A stretch of DNA of 64,000 bases, taken from Narcine bancroftii (Eukaryota). The stretch is from positions 248,310,001-248,374,000 of the forward strand of contig NC_091470.1 of assembly GCF_036971445.1 (NCBI RefSeq). Reading direction: 5' to 3'. The notes beneath the pieces were generated by a model, which was not told where the DNA came from, ran no database searches, and saw nothing but the letters and a program-made list of their open reading frames with translations. Position 1 is the first letter of the stretch. Each line of letters starts with the position of its first letter. This document shows positions 1-12,770 of this stretch, piece by piece. The translations under genes were made by a program, and so were the position numbers.

Positions 1-356
1 AGCTGCCCTTAAAAGACAGAAATTAACAACCTTTTAACTGCTTCACTTATCTGTGTGAATGAGATGAACGCGGGATGGTGGGTCATTTTCATCCCGATAA
101 TTACATGCCAAGGTAGGCAGTATCAGAGTCAATGTGTTTCATGTCAGCTCCTGTGTAAAAGGTTTGACCGCCTTCCCTGGATGCTGATGCTGTAATGCTG
201 CAGGTCCAACTCGCATTTGCACCGGGATGCTGGGTTCCTATGTAGAAGGTCGCACTGACTGGCTTTTCTTGGTTCAGTGTGAATGACCCGAGCTGGCTTT
301 AAACATAGGTCGTCGTTCACACTCCAATTAAATGGGATGGCTGTGTAAAAGGGGCC
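1..356. mobile_element. Right end of a putative PIF/Harbinger-like non-autonomous element (truncated by window start)
   Basis: Ends in CTGTGTAAAAGGGGCC followed by TCA. The subterminal motif (C)TGTGTAAAAGG/TGTGAAT recurs at about 51, 151, 238, 275 and 341. The left TIR is not in the window. Confidence 0.35.
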
Positions 357-554
357 TCACGTTGCTCTACCTTAGGAAAAAACTGTGACTATCCATCTTA
401 CCTGTGACTCTATGTTCCAGGGAAAAGAGTTCCAGCCTATTCAATCTCAAGCCGTCCAGCACTTTTAACATCCTTGTGAATCATTTATGGATGTCTCCTC
501 TTCCTCTAAAGTCCGATCATTTACAGAGTCGGAGACCCACATTCAATTTCAACC

Positions 555-820
555 ATGGGTGCTGGCTGTGTAGAGTTTGCACATTCACTCTGTGACTTCC
601 TAAGTTTGGTCCAAGTATTTTGGTTTTCTCCCATATCCTAAAGTCATGCTGGTTGGTACGTTTCTTGGCAGGGGTACCACCAGTGTCTAGGTTGGAAGTT
701 AATGGGCATGTGAGAGAGAATAAGGTACAGGAGAATAAGCAAGAATCTGGGACTGATTGGATTGCTGTGAGAGCTGGCATGGACTTGATGGGCTGTATGG
801 CCTCCTTCTATGATGTAATG
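555..820 (+). mobile_element. Decayed SINE
   Basis: Motifs GAGTTTGCACATTC...GGTTTTCTCCCATATCC and a CR1-like tail GACTTGATGGGCTGTATGGCCTCC resemble the SINEs at 24.4 and 45.8 kb. Confidence 0.5.
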
Positions 821-1220
821 AAATATAAAATGTTACATAGTATGGAGCCTGGAATAAAATCCATCAATGAAGCAGCTGAAAGCATAAACATTTGACAGCC
901 GGCTGAGCTGTTCCAGTTTAAGCAGATTAATCTTTTTTAACTTTGCTTCTGTCAGGGAAAGCTGACAAAAAGAGGCCAGGTTGACCAAAACCACTGTATT
1001 TAAAAAAAAAATGTGTTCACCTTTCAAGATAATTGTCCTTGAATTGAAAGGATCACTGGACACTGAGTCAACCACATTATTGAGTCTGGAGTTACACAAT
1101 GCTCTTAGGGGAATGTGGAAACGAGATACTTTTTTTTCTAGCAGGTTGATAGTCCCTTTTATGGAAATAATTTTTAGACATGCACATGGATTATTATCTG
1201 AAATTGTTAAGGAACAATTT

Positions 1221-2855
1221 AGAGCACTACGGCACAGAACACAGGCCATTCAGCCCTTCTCATCTGTGCTGACTACTATTTTGCTAGTCTCATTAACGTG
1301 CTCTCACTCCATAACCCTCCAGACCTATCCCATCCATGTGCCTGTCCAATCTATTCTTAAGATAGAGCCTGAATTCACCACCTCAGATGGGAGTCTATTC
1401 CACACTCCCACCGCTCTCTGAGTGAAGAACTTTTCCTTAATGTTCCCCTAGACTTTTCCCCTTTCAACTTAAAACTATGACCTCTCATATTTATCTCCCC
1501 CATTCTCAGTGGAAAAAGCCTCCTCGCATTGATTCTCCTTGTAGCTCTGTTAAATTTCCCTTCATTCTTCTACTCTCCAACGAATAAAGCCCTAACCTAT
1601 TTAATATTTCCCTGTAATTCAACTCCTGAAGACCCAGCAACATCCTAGTAAATCTTCTCTGCACTCTTTCTATCTTATTGATATCCTTCCTGTAGTTAGG
1701 CAACTAGAACTGCATGCAATACTCCAAATTTGGCCTCAATCAATGTCTTAAATAACTTCAACATAACATCCCAACTCCTAAACTCAATAGTTTGATTTAT
1801 AAAGGCTAAGATGCCAAAAGATTTCTTTACAACTCTGTCCACCTGTGACACCACCTTCAAGGAACATTGTATCTGTATTCTCTTTGCTCCTCTGCACTCC
1901 TCAGTACCCTACCATTTACACTGTATGTCCTACCTTGGTTTTCCCTTCAAAGATGCATCATGTCACACTTTTCTTCATTAAACTCCTGCTGCCATTTTTT
2001 TAGCCCATTCTCCCAGTTGACCCAGATCCCTCTGCAAGCTTTGAAAATCTTCCTCACTGTCCACTACACCTCCTATCTTTGTGTCATCAGCAAACTTGCT
2101 GATCCAATTTACCACATTATCATTTCGATTATTGATGTAGACAACAAACAACAATAATCCCAACACAGATCCCTGAGGGACACCACTAGTCACAGGCCTC
2201 CAGTCTGAGAAGCAACCATCCACTACCACTTTCTGTTTTCTCCCACTCAGCCAATATCAAATCCAGTTTACAACCTCTCCATGGGTACCTAGTGTCTTAA
2301 TCATTTGAACTAATCTCCTATGTGGGACCTTGTCAAAGGCTTTACTAAAGTCCATGTAGAAAACATTCACAGCCTTTCCTTCATCTATCTTTTGGTAAAC
2401 TCCTCAAAAAACTCTATGATTTGTTAAACATCACCTACCATGCACAAAGCCATGCTGACTGTCCTTAATCAGACTATGGCTGTCCAAATACCTATATTTA
2501 CAATCTCTCAGAACTCCTTTCAAAAATTTATCTACTACTGACATCAGGGTCACCAGCCTATAATTGCCTGATTTAATTTTGGAGCCTTTTTTAAACAACG
2601 GGACAACCTGAGCTACCCTCCAATCCTCTGGCACCTCACCCATGGCTAAAGACATTTTGAATATATCTGCCAGAGCCCTGAAATTTCTACACTAGTCTCC
2701 CTCAAGGTCTAAGGGAATATCATATCTGGCCCAGGGGATTTATCTAACTTTATTTGTTGTAAGGCAGCAAGCACCTCCTCCTCATTAATCTCCATATGTT
2801 CCATGAGACTTCTGTTTGTTTCCCTTCATTCCTTTTCATTATGCCATCTTCGTGA
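1221..2855 (-). mobile_element. CR1 LINE, 5'-truncated, disrupted ORF2 plus 3' UTR
   Basis: Minus-strand ORF pieces EVPEDWRVAQVVPLFKKG, VTSGVPQGSVLG..FADDTKIGG and IERVQRRFTRML; typical CR1 3' end near 1221. Confidence 0.92.
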
Positions 2856-3099
2856 GTTTAAGCTCATGATTTTAGAGCAGCAAGCCAGTAACTTAACCAT
2901 TACACCTTCCTGCACCTAAGACAGCAGGTAATGATTTCCTGGGTCAGAACACCAGAGCATGACATGCATTCATTCACTTTTTGGCCTACATCTATAATTT
3001 ATTCCTCAGTGTCCCTGAGGGATGCTGTCTTTGTGACGTTGGATAGAGAATTTTGAAATTTAGACCTAGGAAAGTTGAAGGAAGTCAGGATGATGTGAC

Positions 3100-3205
3100 T
3101 CGAGAAAGCATCCTGACCCAAAATGTTGACTGTCAACTTGTTCTCCATGGATGCTACCTGACCTGTTGAGTCCAACCAGCTTCTCATTGTTTACTCAAGA
3201 TTTCT
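3100..3205 (+). mobile_element. Penelope-like terminal repeat remnant
   Basis: GACCCAAAATGTTGAC...GGATGCTACCTGACCTGTTGAGT...CCAGC, the same motif family as 25.3, 46.2 and 61.6 kb. Confidence 0.5.
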
Positions 3206-3569
3206 TTGGAATATTGTTTTACTTGGAGAGAAAATTGCAGGGATTGGTGTTCCATGCATCTGCCATCCTGTTCTTCTTGGTGGTAGAGGTCATAGGTTTT
3301 GGAGTAGGTGAGTGACAACAGTGTCTATTGAAAATAGTCCACAGTGTGCTTGTGAAGAAAGGAATTAATCTTTAAGGTGGTGGAAGGGGTATTAATCAAG
3401 CTGGCTGTTTTAACAGGAAGACATTGAACTTCTTCAGTATAGGCTATCTGCAAGTCATGAACAGGTCCTGTTTTTACAGACATCCGCAAGGCAGGAAAAT
3501 CACTTAGTATGACAACCATACCTCTACGTTTTAATGAATGGCATCAAAAGCATATAAGATTGATTATAA

Positions 3570-3895
3570 AAGACTGTTGATCTCATTGAAACCTCCAGAT
3601 TTTGGGGGGAGGGGTGCTTCCCCGAAGAGATGCCAAGTTGATCGTTCTCCTGCCTGAGGTGCTTGAAACCAGGGATCACAATGTCAAAACAAGGGATTGG
3701 CCACTCAGGATGAAGATGAGAAGATATTCTGTAGCCAGAGGGTTCTGAATCTTTGAAATTTTCTAAAAGTAGAGGGTTATTTATGAGAATTAAAGGATGT
3801 GGGTTTAGGGCAGGGAAGTGACATCATAATCTAAGTGCCTGTTGGAGACGGAATGGCTTATTTCTGCATATATAGTTTGTGTTTTTATGTTCTTG
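3570..3895 (+). mobile_element. Old CR1 3' fragment
   Basis: GATCTCATTGAAAC, CCAGAGGGTTCTGAATCT and GGAATGGCTTATTTCTGC match degraded CR1 ORF2 end and 3' UTR. Confidence 0.55.
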
Positions 3896-4429
3896 TGTCA
3901 TTAGATGGTGAAAATGCAGTGAGGGAAAGAAGGTTTCTGAGACCTGGGTGAACAACAGGGTGAGCAGTTCAACTCCTTAAAAAGGAGGCAATCAGAAAGA
4001 TTTTGTTTGTGAGATGCAGGCATCATAAGTATGGTTAGGATTTAACTGCCCATATCTGATAGCCCTGAGAAGGTGTTGATGATCCAACTGCTTGAACTGC
4101 TGCTAACAAATGCATTGGGAGTTCCAAGATTTAGATCCAATATCAAAGAACAAGCAATATATTTTCAAGTTTGGATGGTGTGTGACTTGGAGGAAACCTG
4201 GAGTTGTGCTCCCATCTGTCTGCAGTCCTTGTGCTTGCATTAGAGGTTGCACATTTGGGAGTTCATAGCCAGGGTGAGGGGATCTTTTAGATGGTACACA
4301 GTACACCAGTAAGGTTTTGGTACTGGAGGGAATGAATGCTAAGGGTGAGTGAGAAAGAAAAGCAAAGAGAGGAAAAGAAAAGAAAACAGAAGCATGCATT
4401 TTTGTTAAAAAAATACATAAATACACTCA

Positions 4430-4430
<1 letters not shown>

Positions 4431-4479
<49 letters not shown>

Positions 4480-4481
4480 CA
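4431..4481. repeat. (CA)n microsatellite, about 25 units
   Basis: Directly visible AC run with one GC interruption, just before an assembly gap. Confidence 0.97.
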
Positions 4482-4494
4482 TGCTTGATCACAC

Positions 4495-4674
4495 NNNNNN
4501 NNNNNNNNNNNNNNNNNNNNNNNNNNNNNNNNNNNNNNNNNNNNNNNNNNNNNNNNNNNNNNNNNNNNNNNNNNNNNNNNNNNNNNNNNNNNNNNNNNNN
4601 NNNNNNNNNNNNNNNNNNNNNNNNNNNNNNNNNNNNNNNNNNNNNNNNNNNNNNNNNNNNNNNNNNNNNNNNNN
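4495..4674. other. Assembly gap (180 N)
   Basis: Run of N. Confidence 0.99.
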
Positions 4675-5116
4675 CCACGATACGTCCTGCAAAACTGGGC
4701 ATTAGCGATTTGGATGTTGTGTGATCACCATATTGTTGTATATACATATGGGATACTGAGCGTATGATAAATTAAACTGTTTAATTTTTTATTTCATTTT
4801 TTAAAATTTTAAGTAAACATTTTATTAACCAAATTAACACACAATTTGACAGGGAGGATCAGGATCATCCACATCACTGTTCTCAACTTCCTCATTGTGT
4901 TCCTCATAGTGAGATTGAACAACCTCATTGATGATGGATAGAAAGTACCAGTACAGTACAGTCTACCTTCATGCATCCATAGGCCTTTGAGCTACATGTG
5001 TTGCGTGTGGGAAGTTGTTGTTGCGTACATCCAGTTACGTCTGTGATGTCTCATTCTCGCGTTGTCCGATTGTGATTTCTGAATGAACTCTATTATAACC
5101 CAATTGGATGACAGTC

Positions 5117-5295
5117 NNNNNNNNNNNNNNNNNNNNNNNNNNNNNNNNNNNNNNNNNNNNNNNNNNNNNNNNNNNNNNNNNNNNNNNNNNNNNNNNNNNN
5201 NNNNNNNNNNNNNNNNNNNNNNNNNNNNNNNNNNNNNNNNNNNNNNNNNNNNNNNNNNNNNNNNNNNNNNNNNNNNNNNNNNNNNNNNNNNNNNN
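5117..5295. other. Assembly gap (179 N)
   Basis: Run of N. Confidence 0.99.
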
Positions 5296-5359
5296 AACTC
5301 TATTAAAGCACATTGCAAACTGATAAAATTAGATTCTTACTTATTAATGAGGCACAATG

Positions 5360-5470
5360 ACTACAGACGCTGGAATCTAGAGCAAAGAGAAACTACTGGA
5401 GGAAATTAACAGATCAAGAAGCAAGAGAAAAGTTAGCCAGCTTTTCAGGTCAAGACCCTGCATTGGACAC
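5360..5470 (-). mobile_element. Penelope-like terminal repeat remnant
   Basis: Reverse complement reads CCAATGCAGGGTCTTGACCTGAAAAG...CCTCCAG...TCTAGATTCCAGCGTCTGTAGT. Confidence 0.5.
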
Positions 5471-6437
5471 TTCTTATCAGGGTAGCAGTCATTACAAGTC
5501 ATTTCATAATTGGGAGGCTACTTACAATGTTAAAGAGTTATTGTTTTTACAAACAATTTAATGAATAATTGCTGTCCAAACAAAGCAACCAGAAGGAAAA
5601 GATCCATTTACAACATGCTTGATACTTGTGGTGATCTGTAGGGATTCCTTCCTCTCACAGAATATCTGGTGGATTTGTACATTAAGGATGAGGGAAGAGT
5701 AAATGAGTGTCCGCTGCACTCTCTCGAACGAACTCCCACCCACTGCATCCCACAGTCCACACATCAGTGACCACTGTGTTATAAGTGCACTATAGTAATT
5801 GTCTACCTCCTCGGGGCTTGCCTCAAGACATGATTGGGACAATTTCTGATGGCAGTGGATGTAACGCTGAAAGAACAAAATTCCAAATCGGCAACGTCTG
5901 TGAGACTTGCTTGAGGCAAGAGCTTTGATTAAAAAAAGTGTCCTTTTTTATACCTTCACAATTAATCCATGATTATCTCCAGTAAGTTGAGGCAGGGAAC
6001 ACTGACAGCTTTGTTTTTGTGGTGTATATTTTGTAGATGAACCGACTGTCACTCTAAATCCATCTGGCAAGCAGCTTTTAATATCTGTTCTATTTTCTAA
6101 TTAAAAAAATGTAGATTTTTATTTAAAATTGTGGGCATTTTGCATCTGCCATTGTTTCAACAGGACCTGAGCAAATAAACAAAAACATGAGCTGACTGGT
6201 TTGTATATGGGATGTTCTCTGCAGTCCTAATGTGTCCTCGTGTATTACTAGGTAGGAGGGAGAGCGAGAAAAAGAGAGAGTTACCAGTTCTCAGAGAATA
6301 CAGGAAAGGAAATTAGGCCACAGAAGCTAAATTGGCATCAGAAAGAATCGACAAGGGTTTATTATTCTAAGCAGTACTCCATCAAATCTGGCCCCTGTGA
6401 ACAGAGATCTATCATCATGGGGCATCGTGGGCTTTTA

Positions 6438-6586
6438 NNNNNNNNNNNNNNNNNNNNNNNNNNNNNNNNNNNNNNNNNNNNNNNNNNNNNNNNNNNNNNN
6501 NNNNNNNNNNNNNNNNNNNNNNNNNNNNNNNNNNNNNNNNNNNNNNNNNNNNNNNNNNNNNNNNNNNNNNNNNNNNNNNNNNNNNN
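6438..6586. other. Assembly gap (149 N)
   Basis: Run of N. Confidence 0.99.
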
Positions 6587-7270
6587 CTTCTCGTCAGCTC
6601 TTGTTTGTGAGGCCCTTTTTTTCATTCCTTGCAGCTGCTGAGCAACATTCTGCCCGCACTATTGTCAACCTGAATAGAATTGTGTGGGGAAGAGAAATAA
6701 ACATCCCACACATTACACCTGAAGTGCTATCTTTCCTGCTCAGGTGGGCCCATGTCCTTTTTCTTTTCAAATGGGGGAGCCTCTTTTGCAAAGGCTCCCT
6801 TTCTTCCTCCACCCCCTACACTCTCTCTTTGTCCAAAACTTATTTACACAGTCCACCTTGTGTAAAGCAGTTAATACTCAGGTCTTCAGTTAGGAAGACC
6901 TAACTCCTGAGAATTGGTTACACAAGGTAGGAGCTGTCATTTTGGGTTCAAACATTAGGACAATGTTCCCCCATTATTAAACTGTAGAACTATCTTATTG
7001 TTTCTACGTATCTGGGAGTAGGGTGGGGAAAGAGGTGGAGGGGTCGGTTTTACGTGTTCTCATGACGAATTAAAATATCCTTTTTTTCTTTTATTTGGGT
7101 GGGGAAAGATTTGGAATGGACCTGTTGCTATTGTTTAGTGCATATTTGTGCTCTTAAAAGCTACCCTCTCAGTATAAATAATGGACATTTTTATGACAAA
7201 CTTCACTGTGAGAATTCTTGAACATCAAACATGCATCACAGCTTGGAGGCAAAAGATGGGCATGTGTGAT

Positions 7271-7462
7271 NNNNNNNNNNNNNNNNNNNNNNNNNNNNNN
7301 NNNNNNNNNNNNNNNNNNNNNNNNNNNNNNNNNNNNNNNNNNNNNNNNNNNNNNNNNNNNNNNNNNNNNNNNNNNNNNNNNNNNNNNNNNNNNNNNNNNN
7401 NNNNNNNNNNNNNNNNNNNNNNNNNNNNNNNNNNNNNNNNNNNNNNNNNNNNNNNNNNNNNN
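7271..7462. other. Assembly gap (192 N)
   Basis: Run of N. Confidence 0.99.
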
Positions 7463-9049
7463 TCCATCTAGGGATTTGTGACAAGGAAATGGCATTCAAA
7501 AGCTCAGACATCTGTCGGGGTGGAGAATATTGGCACCTGTCATGCCGCTTCAGTCTTGACTTTTAATAAATCCACTTTCCCTGAGGTAAAATTGGAACTA
7601 TGTGTAATATTAGCTCCAAGCATTTCTTGTTTTTCCTTGAAAGCACTTCCAAGTATATAACGTGGTTATATGAATATCAGGGCAATAATATATTATTGGA
7701 TTGCATTTTATCTCTGTACTTTGCATTTTCTCTTTGTTTTCAAAATGTCCCTCACCCCCCTCCCCTTCCTTCCTTTCCCATGCATGAATTTTTTGCCAAA
7801 TGCCTCCCCTTGCTTGGGGAAAAAATAATCAGCCATTGCCAACATATTGCAAGAGGAAGAGAGAGTCTGTTAATAGAGTAAATTTAGCCCAGGGAAGTAT
7901 GAATGTCATAAAAAAGCTGGTTGGGATTTGTTGCTGTCAGTCAATAAATCAGTCAGGGTTTAATTACCCAACACATGATGGGGAGCAGTGACAGGCGCTG
8001 GGTGTAAGAGACAGCATTCCTAATGGGCCAAACATTGGGGGAAGGGGGAAGGGGGTGAGGGTGGGTAACAAAACATCTCTTCAATTTGTTTTCATTCTAC
8101 CCCTCAATTTGTTTCCACTTTCAATCCTTTTACATTTTTTAAAATCCCCTTCTTTATTAAATTAAAATTTATCATTATAGATAATGAAATGCATTGACTA
8201 TTTAACCGACTTCAGAAGCAGACCACGTATTGCCTCTCCCCCCTCTGCATGACGATCTGCTCTCTGGATCAGACTGGAGGTTCTAATATCTGCAGGCCCA
8301 TTGAAGGAACCTTTGATTGCCAATATGGCAACACCTTGATGTAAATTTACTCAATAATGCACTGAATTTGCTCGGTGTCTTCAACCTTCCAGCTTGTTAT
8401 AACCTGCTACAGGTCTACAATCCTCCTGTGATTCCTGTTCTCCTGGCTGCCTGTGCATTCCTGCTTTCTATTACCCCACCAGCAGCGGGTGTGCCCTCAG
8501 CTGCCAGGGCCCCTCATGTTCCTGTATCCCCTCCCTAAGCATCTGCCTCTCTCTTTACTCCAGGAAGTCATTTTGTTAAAACCCTAATGAGCAACAAAAG
8601 TCTCTGGACCACAGGAGATCACAGCTCTTTCCTTTATGTCTCTAACCAATCTTTTGGGCAATCTTTTTAAGTGGCTCAGTGTTAATATTTGTTAATGAGG
8701 CACTTTGGGACGCATTACTACAAGGTAAGTTGTTGTTTATATGACATGCATAATGAAATATTCCATGCAGGAAAACAATATATTTTCTGTTCGTACCTTG
8801 CAATTCATCACAACCTTTGAATTTGCAAAGGACTTCAGACTGAAATAAATTAATTGAACCTACAGACAAACAAGCCTAGAAATTCTTCCATGCTGGCTGA
8901 GACCCGTGAAACAGGCAGTGAACAGCAGGCCAGAATTCTTTTGTGCAAAAGACGATTGTGTGTAATAGGACAGGCACACAGTGATTATCCTGTCGCTCAG
9001 TCCTTAGGTTTGTTCTGGAGTCAGATGAATCCTTGGCATACAATTGAGA

Positions 9050-9520
9050 TTTGAGTATTGTGTGGGTTTCTGTTTGCCTTATGAAAGCAGGGATGTGGTG
9101 CACTGGAGAGATCTCAGGAGATTCACCAGGTTGTTTCCTGGATTGCAGAACATTTGATGTGGGAGGTGAGTGGTTAAGCTAGGTTTGTTTTCTTTGGAGC
9201 AGAGAGGTCACCTGATAGAGGGATATAAGAATATGAAAGGCATAGATAGTCAAAACCTTTTTCACATGATCAGTGTATCAAAACCAGGAGGGCAAAAGGA
9301 GAGAGAGGAAGGAGTTTTAAAGGGAGGGACAATTTTTAAGCAGAGATGCTGACTTCTGGAACTCACTGCCAGAAGAGGTGGTAAAATCAAATATAATCAC
9401 TGTGTTTAAAAGACATTTAGGCAGGCAGTCGACTAGCCAAGTCATAGAGGACAAAGCAGGAATATGGGATTGGTGTAGAAGAGTCCATTTTCATGTCTGT
9501 ACAATTCTATGACTCCATAA
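9050..9520 (+). mobile_element. CR1 LINE 3' fragment
   Basis: ORF 9170-9352 (KLGLFSLEQRGHLIEGYK); CR1 tail CTATGACTCCATAACTATGA. Confidence 0.8.
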
Positions 9521-9534
9521 CTATGAGTTCATTA

Positions 9535-9835
9535 TCAGTGCAGTACCATATGAATGCTGTCATTGCATGGGATGTTAAAGCAGGCCTTCATATACTGTCC
9601 TAGGTGTCCAGAGGAGGTCCCACAACACCATTTGGCATATTTGTCTCAGGTGTACTGGGCAATATTTCCCCCCTACTACCCACCAATCTTGTGTGTTCAT
9701 TGCTATGTTATTTTGTGAGGGACCTTGCTGCCACCACATTTCTCACATACAACTGATTACAGGTCAAAAGGTCACTGCAGGTTGATTTAGGATGACCTGA
9801 AGAAATGGAAAAAGCGATTTATAAATGCAAATCTT
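9535..9835 (+). mobile_element. Old SINE, Deu-domain-like
   Basis: CAGTGCAGTAC...GATGTTAAA...CTGGGCAATATTT...TGTGAGGGACCTTGCTG...TATAAATGCAA; related fragments near 14.6, 21.0 and 21.5 kb. Confidence 0.45.
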
Positions 9836-9899
9836 TAACTGCACCTGTGTAGGTTGAAGCCATTGGACTTACTCCTTCGATTGCTATCAGAGTTGTGCC

Positions 9900-10190
9900 G
9901 TAGAATTAAAGACTTGTACAACACAGAAACAGGCCCTTTAGTCCACATGGTCTGCACTGAACAAGGTATCCAAATTTAATGAAATCTCTTCTGCTTGCAC
10001 ATGATTAATGTCTCTCCATTCCCTGCATATTCCTATGTCTACCTTGAAGCCTCTTCATTGTTACTACCATACCTGCTTCCACCACTAACCCTGGCAGCCC
10101 ATTCCAGGAATTTACCTCTTCCTGTGTAGAAATAAATTGCCCTGATTATCCTCTTTAAATTTTCTTCCTTTTGCCTTAAATGCATGTCCA
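9900..10190 (-). mobile_element. CR1 3' end
   Basis: CACAGAAACAGGCCC...CCACCACTAACCCTGGCAGCCCATTCCAGG is the reverse complement of a CR1 3' region. Confidence 0.65.
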
Positions 10191-11032
10191 TGGCCTTCTA
10201 AGCCTTCAAATTTTGGACTGCAATTAGGTAAAAAAGTACACTCATCAAAACTAATAACACCAACATTCCAGCCATTTCCACTTTAAAATAAAACAATTAA
10301 CTATTAGTGAATGTAAAGGTGAGGGAATTGTTCACTGTATCATACTCCATATTATATAAGGATAATGAAATAATGTTGACTTCTTAAACAATGCCTCAAA
10401 TCATTGTTTGCACCTTGCTTTTTTCTTTATTTGGAGAAGTTTGCTTGAGTTGAAGGAGATTTGGTAGAGAATGGAGATCAGCCGTGACTTTCATTTGGAA
10501 GTGATACCCCACTGTGCTGACCTCGCTCCTTGTACTCCTGATTGGTTCAGTGTTAAAGTTGATTTGCTGCCAATCATGTGTGAGATAGATTCTGCCCTTG
10601 AATGTTTGCTGGGTGCTTAGGGAAAGAGAACAGATGGAAATTGATTATTTTATTCTTTCCTTTGGACATGTAATATTATATAAAAATATTAGTGGAATGA
10701 AATGCTGGTTATTGGTCCTTGAAAAGGTTCCTTCAGTCTAGGCATAGTATTTATCCAGCTTAAACTTAATGTTTGAGATTGTTTCATTTTAAACTGAACT
10801 AGTATATAATGTTTCAAGTCAGCAACATTAACTTGAATTTATATAGCATCTAAAACATCTCAAAATATACTGCTTCTCAGATACATTAACAGTCAGAATT
10901 TGCTGTTGCAAACATTTGGGAAAAAGGGTGGGAGTTAAGGAGAGGGAAAAATAGGGAAGCACAAAAGCTTTAGGAGGGATGTTTTGGTGTTGAAGGCTCT
11001 GCCAAGAATGATGGGGTGCTCAAATCCAGGAA

Positions 11033-11256
11033 CATAGAAGGATGAGAGGAGACTTAATAGAGGCCTACAAGTTTCTGAGAGACATAGAAAAGATAGACAC
11101 CCAGCATCTTTTTCCCAGGGCAGGAATAGCAAACACTAGGGAACATCTCTACGAAGTGAAGGGAGGAAAGTTCAGGGGAGACCTCAAGGTAAGTATTTTA
11201 CACAGAGTTGTGGGTGTGTAGAATACCTTGCCATGGATAGTGGTAGAGGCTGAAAC
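11033..11256 (+). repeat. Direct duplicate of CR1 segment 12375-12607
   Basis: About 11 mismatches over 224 bp by hand count, plus a 9-nt insertion in the downstream copy. Confidence 0.9.
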
Positions 11257-11259
11257 CAG

Positions 11260-12770
11260 AATCAAGGAATTGGAGAGATCTCAGAGGATTTGAGTTGGGT
11301 TGATGTTTGAGACCTCCTTGTCCATGGGGAGGTGCCGGAGGATTGGAGAATGGCAAATATAGTCCCCTTGTTTAAAAAAAAGGAAATAGCGAGAATCCTG
11401 GGAATTATAGTTTGGCGAGTTTTATGTCAGCAGTGTGCAAACTATTGGAGGGGATTCTTAAGGATAGGATCTATGAGCATTTGGAGAATCCAGTCTACTG
11501 AAGGATACTCAGCATGGCTTTGTGAAGGGAAGGTCATGCCTTACGAGTCTAATTGAATCAAAAGAAATTGATGAAGGTAAGGTGGTGGATGTGGTCTATA
11601 TGGATTTTAGTAAGGCATTTGACAAGGCCCCCCATGAGAAATTCATTCAAAAAGTCATGAGGAGTGGGATCCATGAAACCTTGGCTGTGTGGATTAAAAA
11701 TTGGCTTTCACATAGAAAGCAGAGAGTAGTAGTAGAAGGAAAGTATTCTGCCTGAAGGTCAGTGACATGGAGTTCCACAGGGATCTGTTCTGAGACCCCT
11801 GTTCTTTGTGATTTTTATAAATGACCTAGATGAAGAAGCGAAAGGATGGGTCAATAAGTTGTGGATGACATGAAGGTTGGAGATGTGGATAGTGGTGAAG
11901 GTTGTCGTTGGTTACAAAATAATATAGACAGAATGAAGAGTTGGGCAGAAAAGTGGCAGATGGAGTTCAATCTGGATGTATGAGGTGATGCATTTTTGAA
12001 GGTCAAACCAGAAAGCTGAGTATAGGAATAATGGTTGGATGCTTAACAGTGTGGAGGAACAGAGGGACCTTGGGGATCCAAATCCATACATCTCAAGGTT
12101 GCCTCGCAGATTGATAGGATAGTTAAGAAGGTCTATGGGATGTTGGGCTTCATTAATAATGGGATTGAGTTCAAGAATCGAGAAGTCATGTTGGAAATCT
12201 ACATTTCTGGTAAGACCACACTTGGAGAATTGTGTTCACTTCTGGTCACCTCATTATAGAAAGAATGTGGAAGCTATGGGGAGGGTGCAGAGGAGATTTA
12301 CCAGGATTTTACCTGGATTTGGAAACAAGTCTTATCAGGCAAGATTTGCTGAGCTGGGGCTTTTCTCTTTTGAGCATAGAAGGATGAGAGGATACTTAAT
12401 AGACTTAATAGAGGTCTAAAAGTTTCTGAGAGACATAGAAAAGGTGGACACCCAGCATCTTTTTCCCAGGGCAGGAATAGCAAACCCTAGGGAACATCTC
12501 TATGAAGTGAAGGGAGGAAAGTTCAGGGGAGACCTCAGGGTAAGTATTTTACACAGAGTTGTGGGTGTGTAGAATGCCTTGCCAGGGATAATGGTAAAGG
12601 CTGAAACATTAGAGGCATTTAAAAGACTCTTAGGCAGGCACATGGATGAAAGAAAAATGGAAGGTTACGAGGTAAGATGGGTTTAATACTTTTGTTGGTT
12701 GGAATATATGGGTTGGAACCACATTGAGATGAAAAGGATCTGCACTGTGCCTGTAATGTTTTATGTTCTA
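11260..12770 (+). mobile_element. CR1 LINE, 5'-truncated, disrupted
   Basis: ORF pieces PEDWRMANIVPLFKK, DVVYMDFSKAFDK and LVRPHLENCVHFWSPHYRK; tail TTTTATGTTCTA. Confidence 0.93.

Noticed and set aside
833-1421. Overlapping 138-aa and 146-aa ORFs
   Set aside because: Non-ATG starts, no motifs, and they overlap the CR1 3' UTR.
5661-5770. Possible exon after CTCACAG
   Set aside because: Weak donor, an in-frame stop and no recognisable protein.
4427-7511. ORFs with long X runs or VC repeats
   Set aside because: Artefacts of N gaps and the (CA)n tract.
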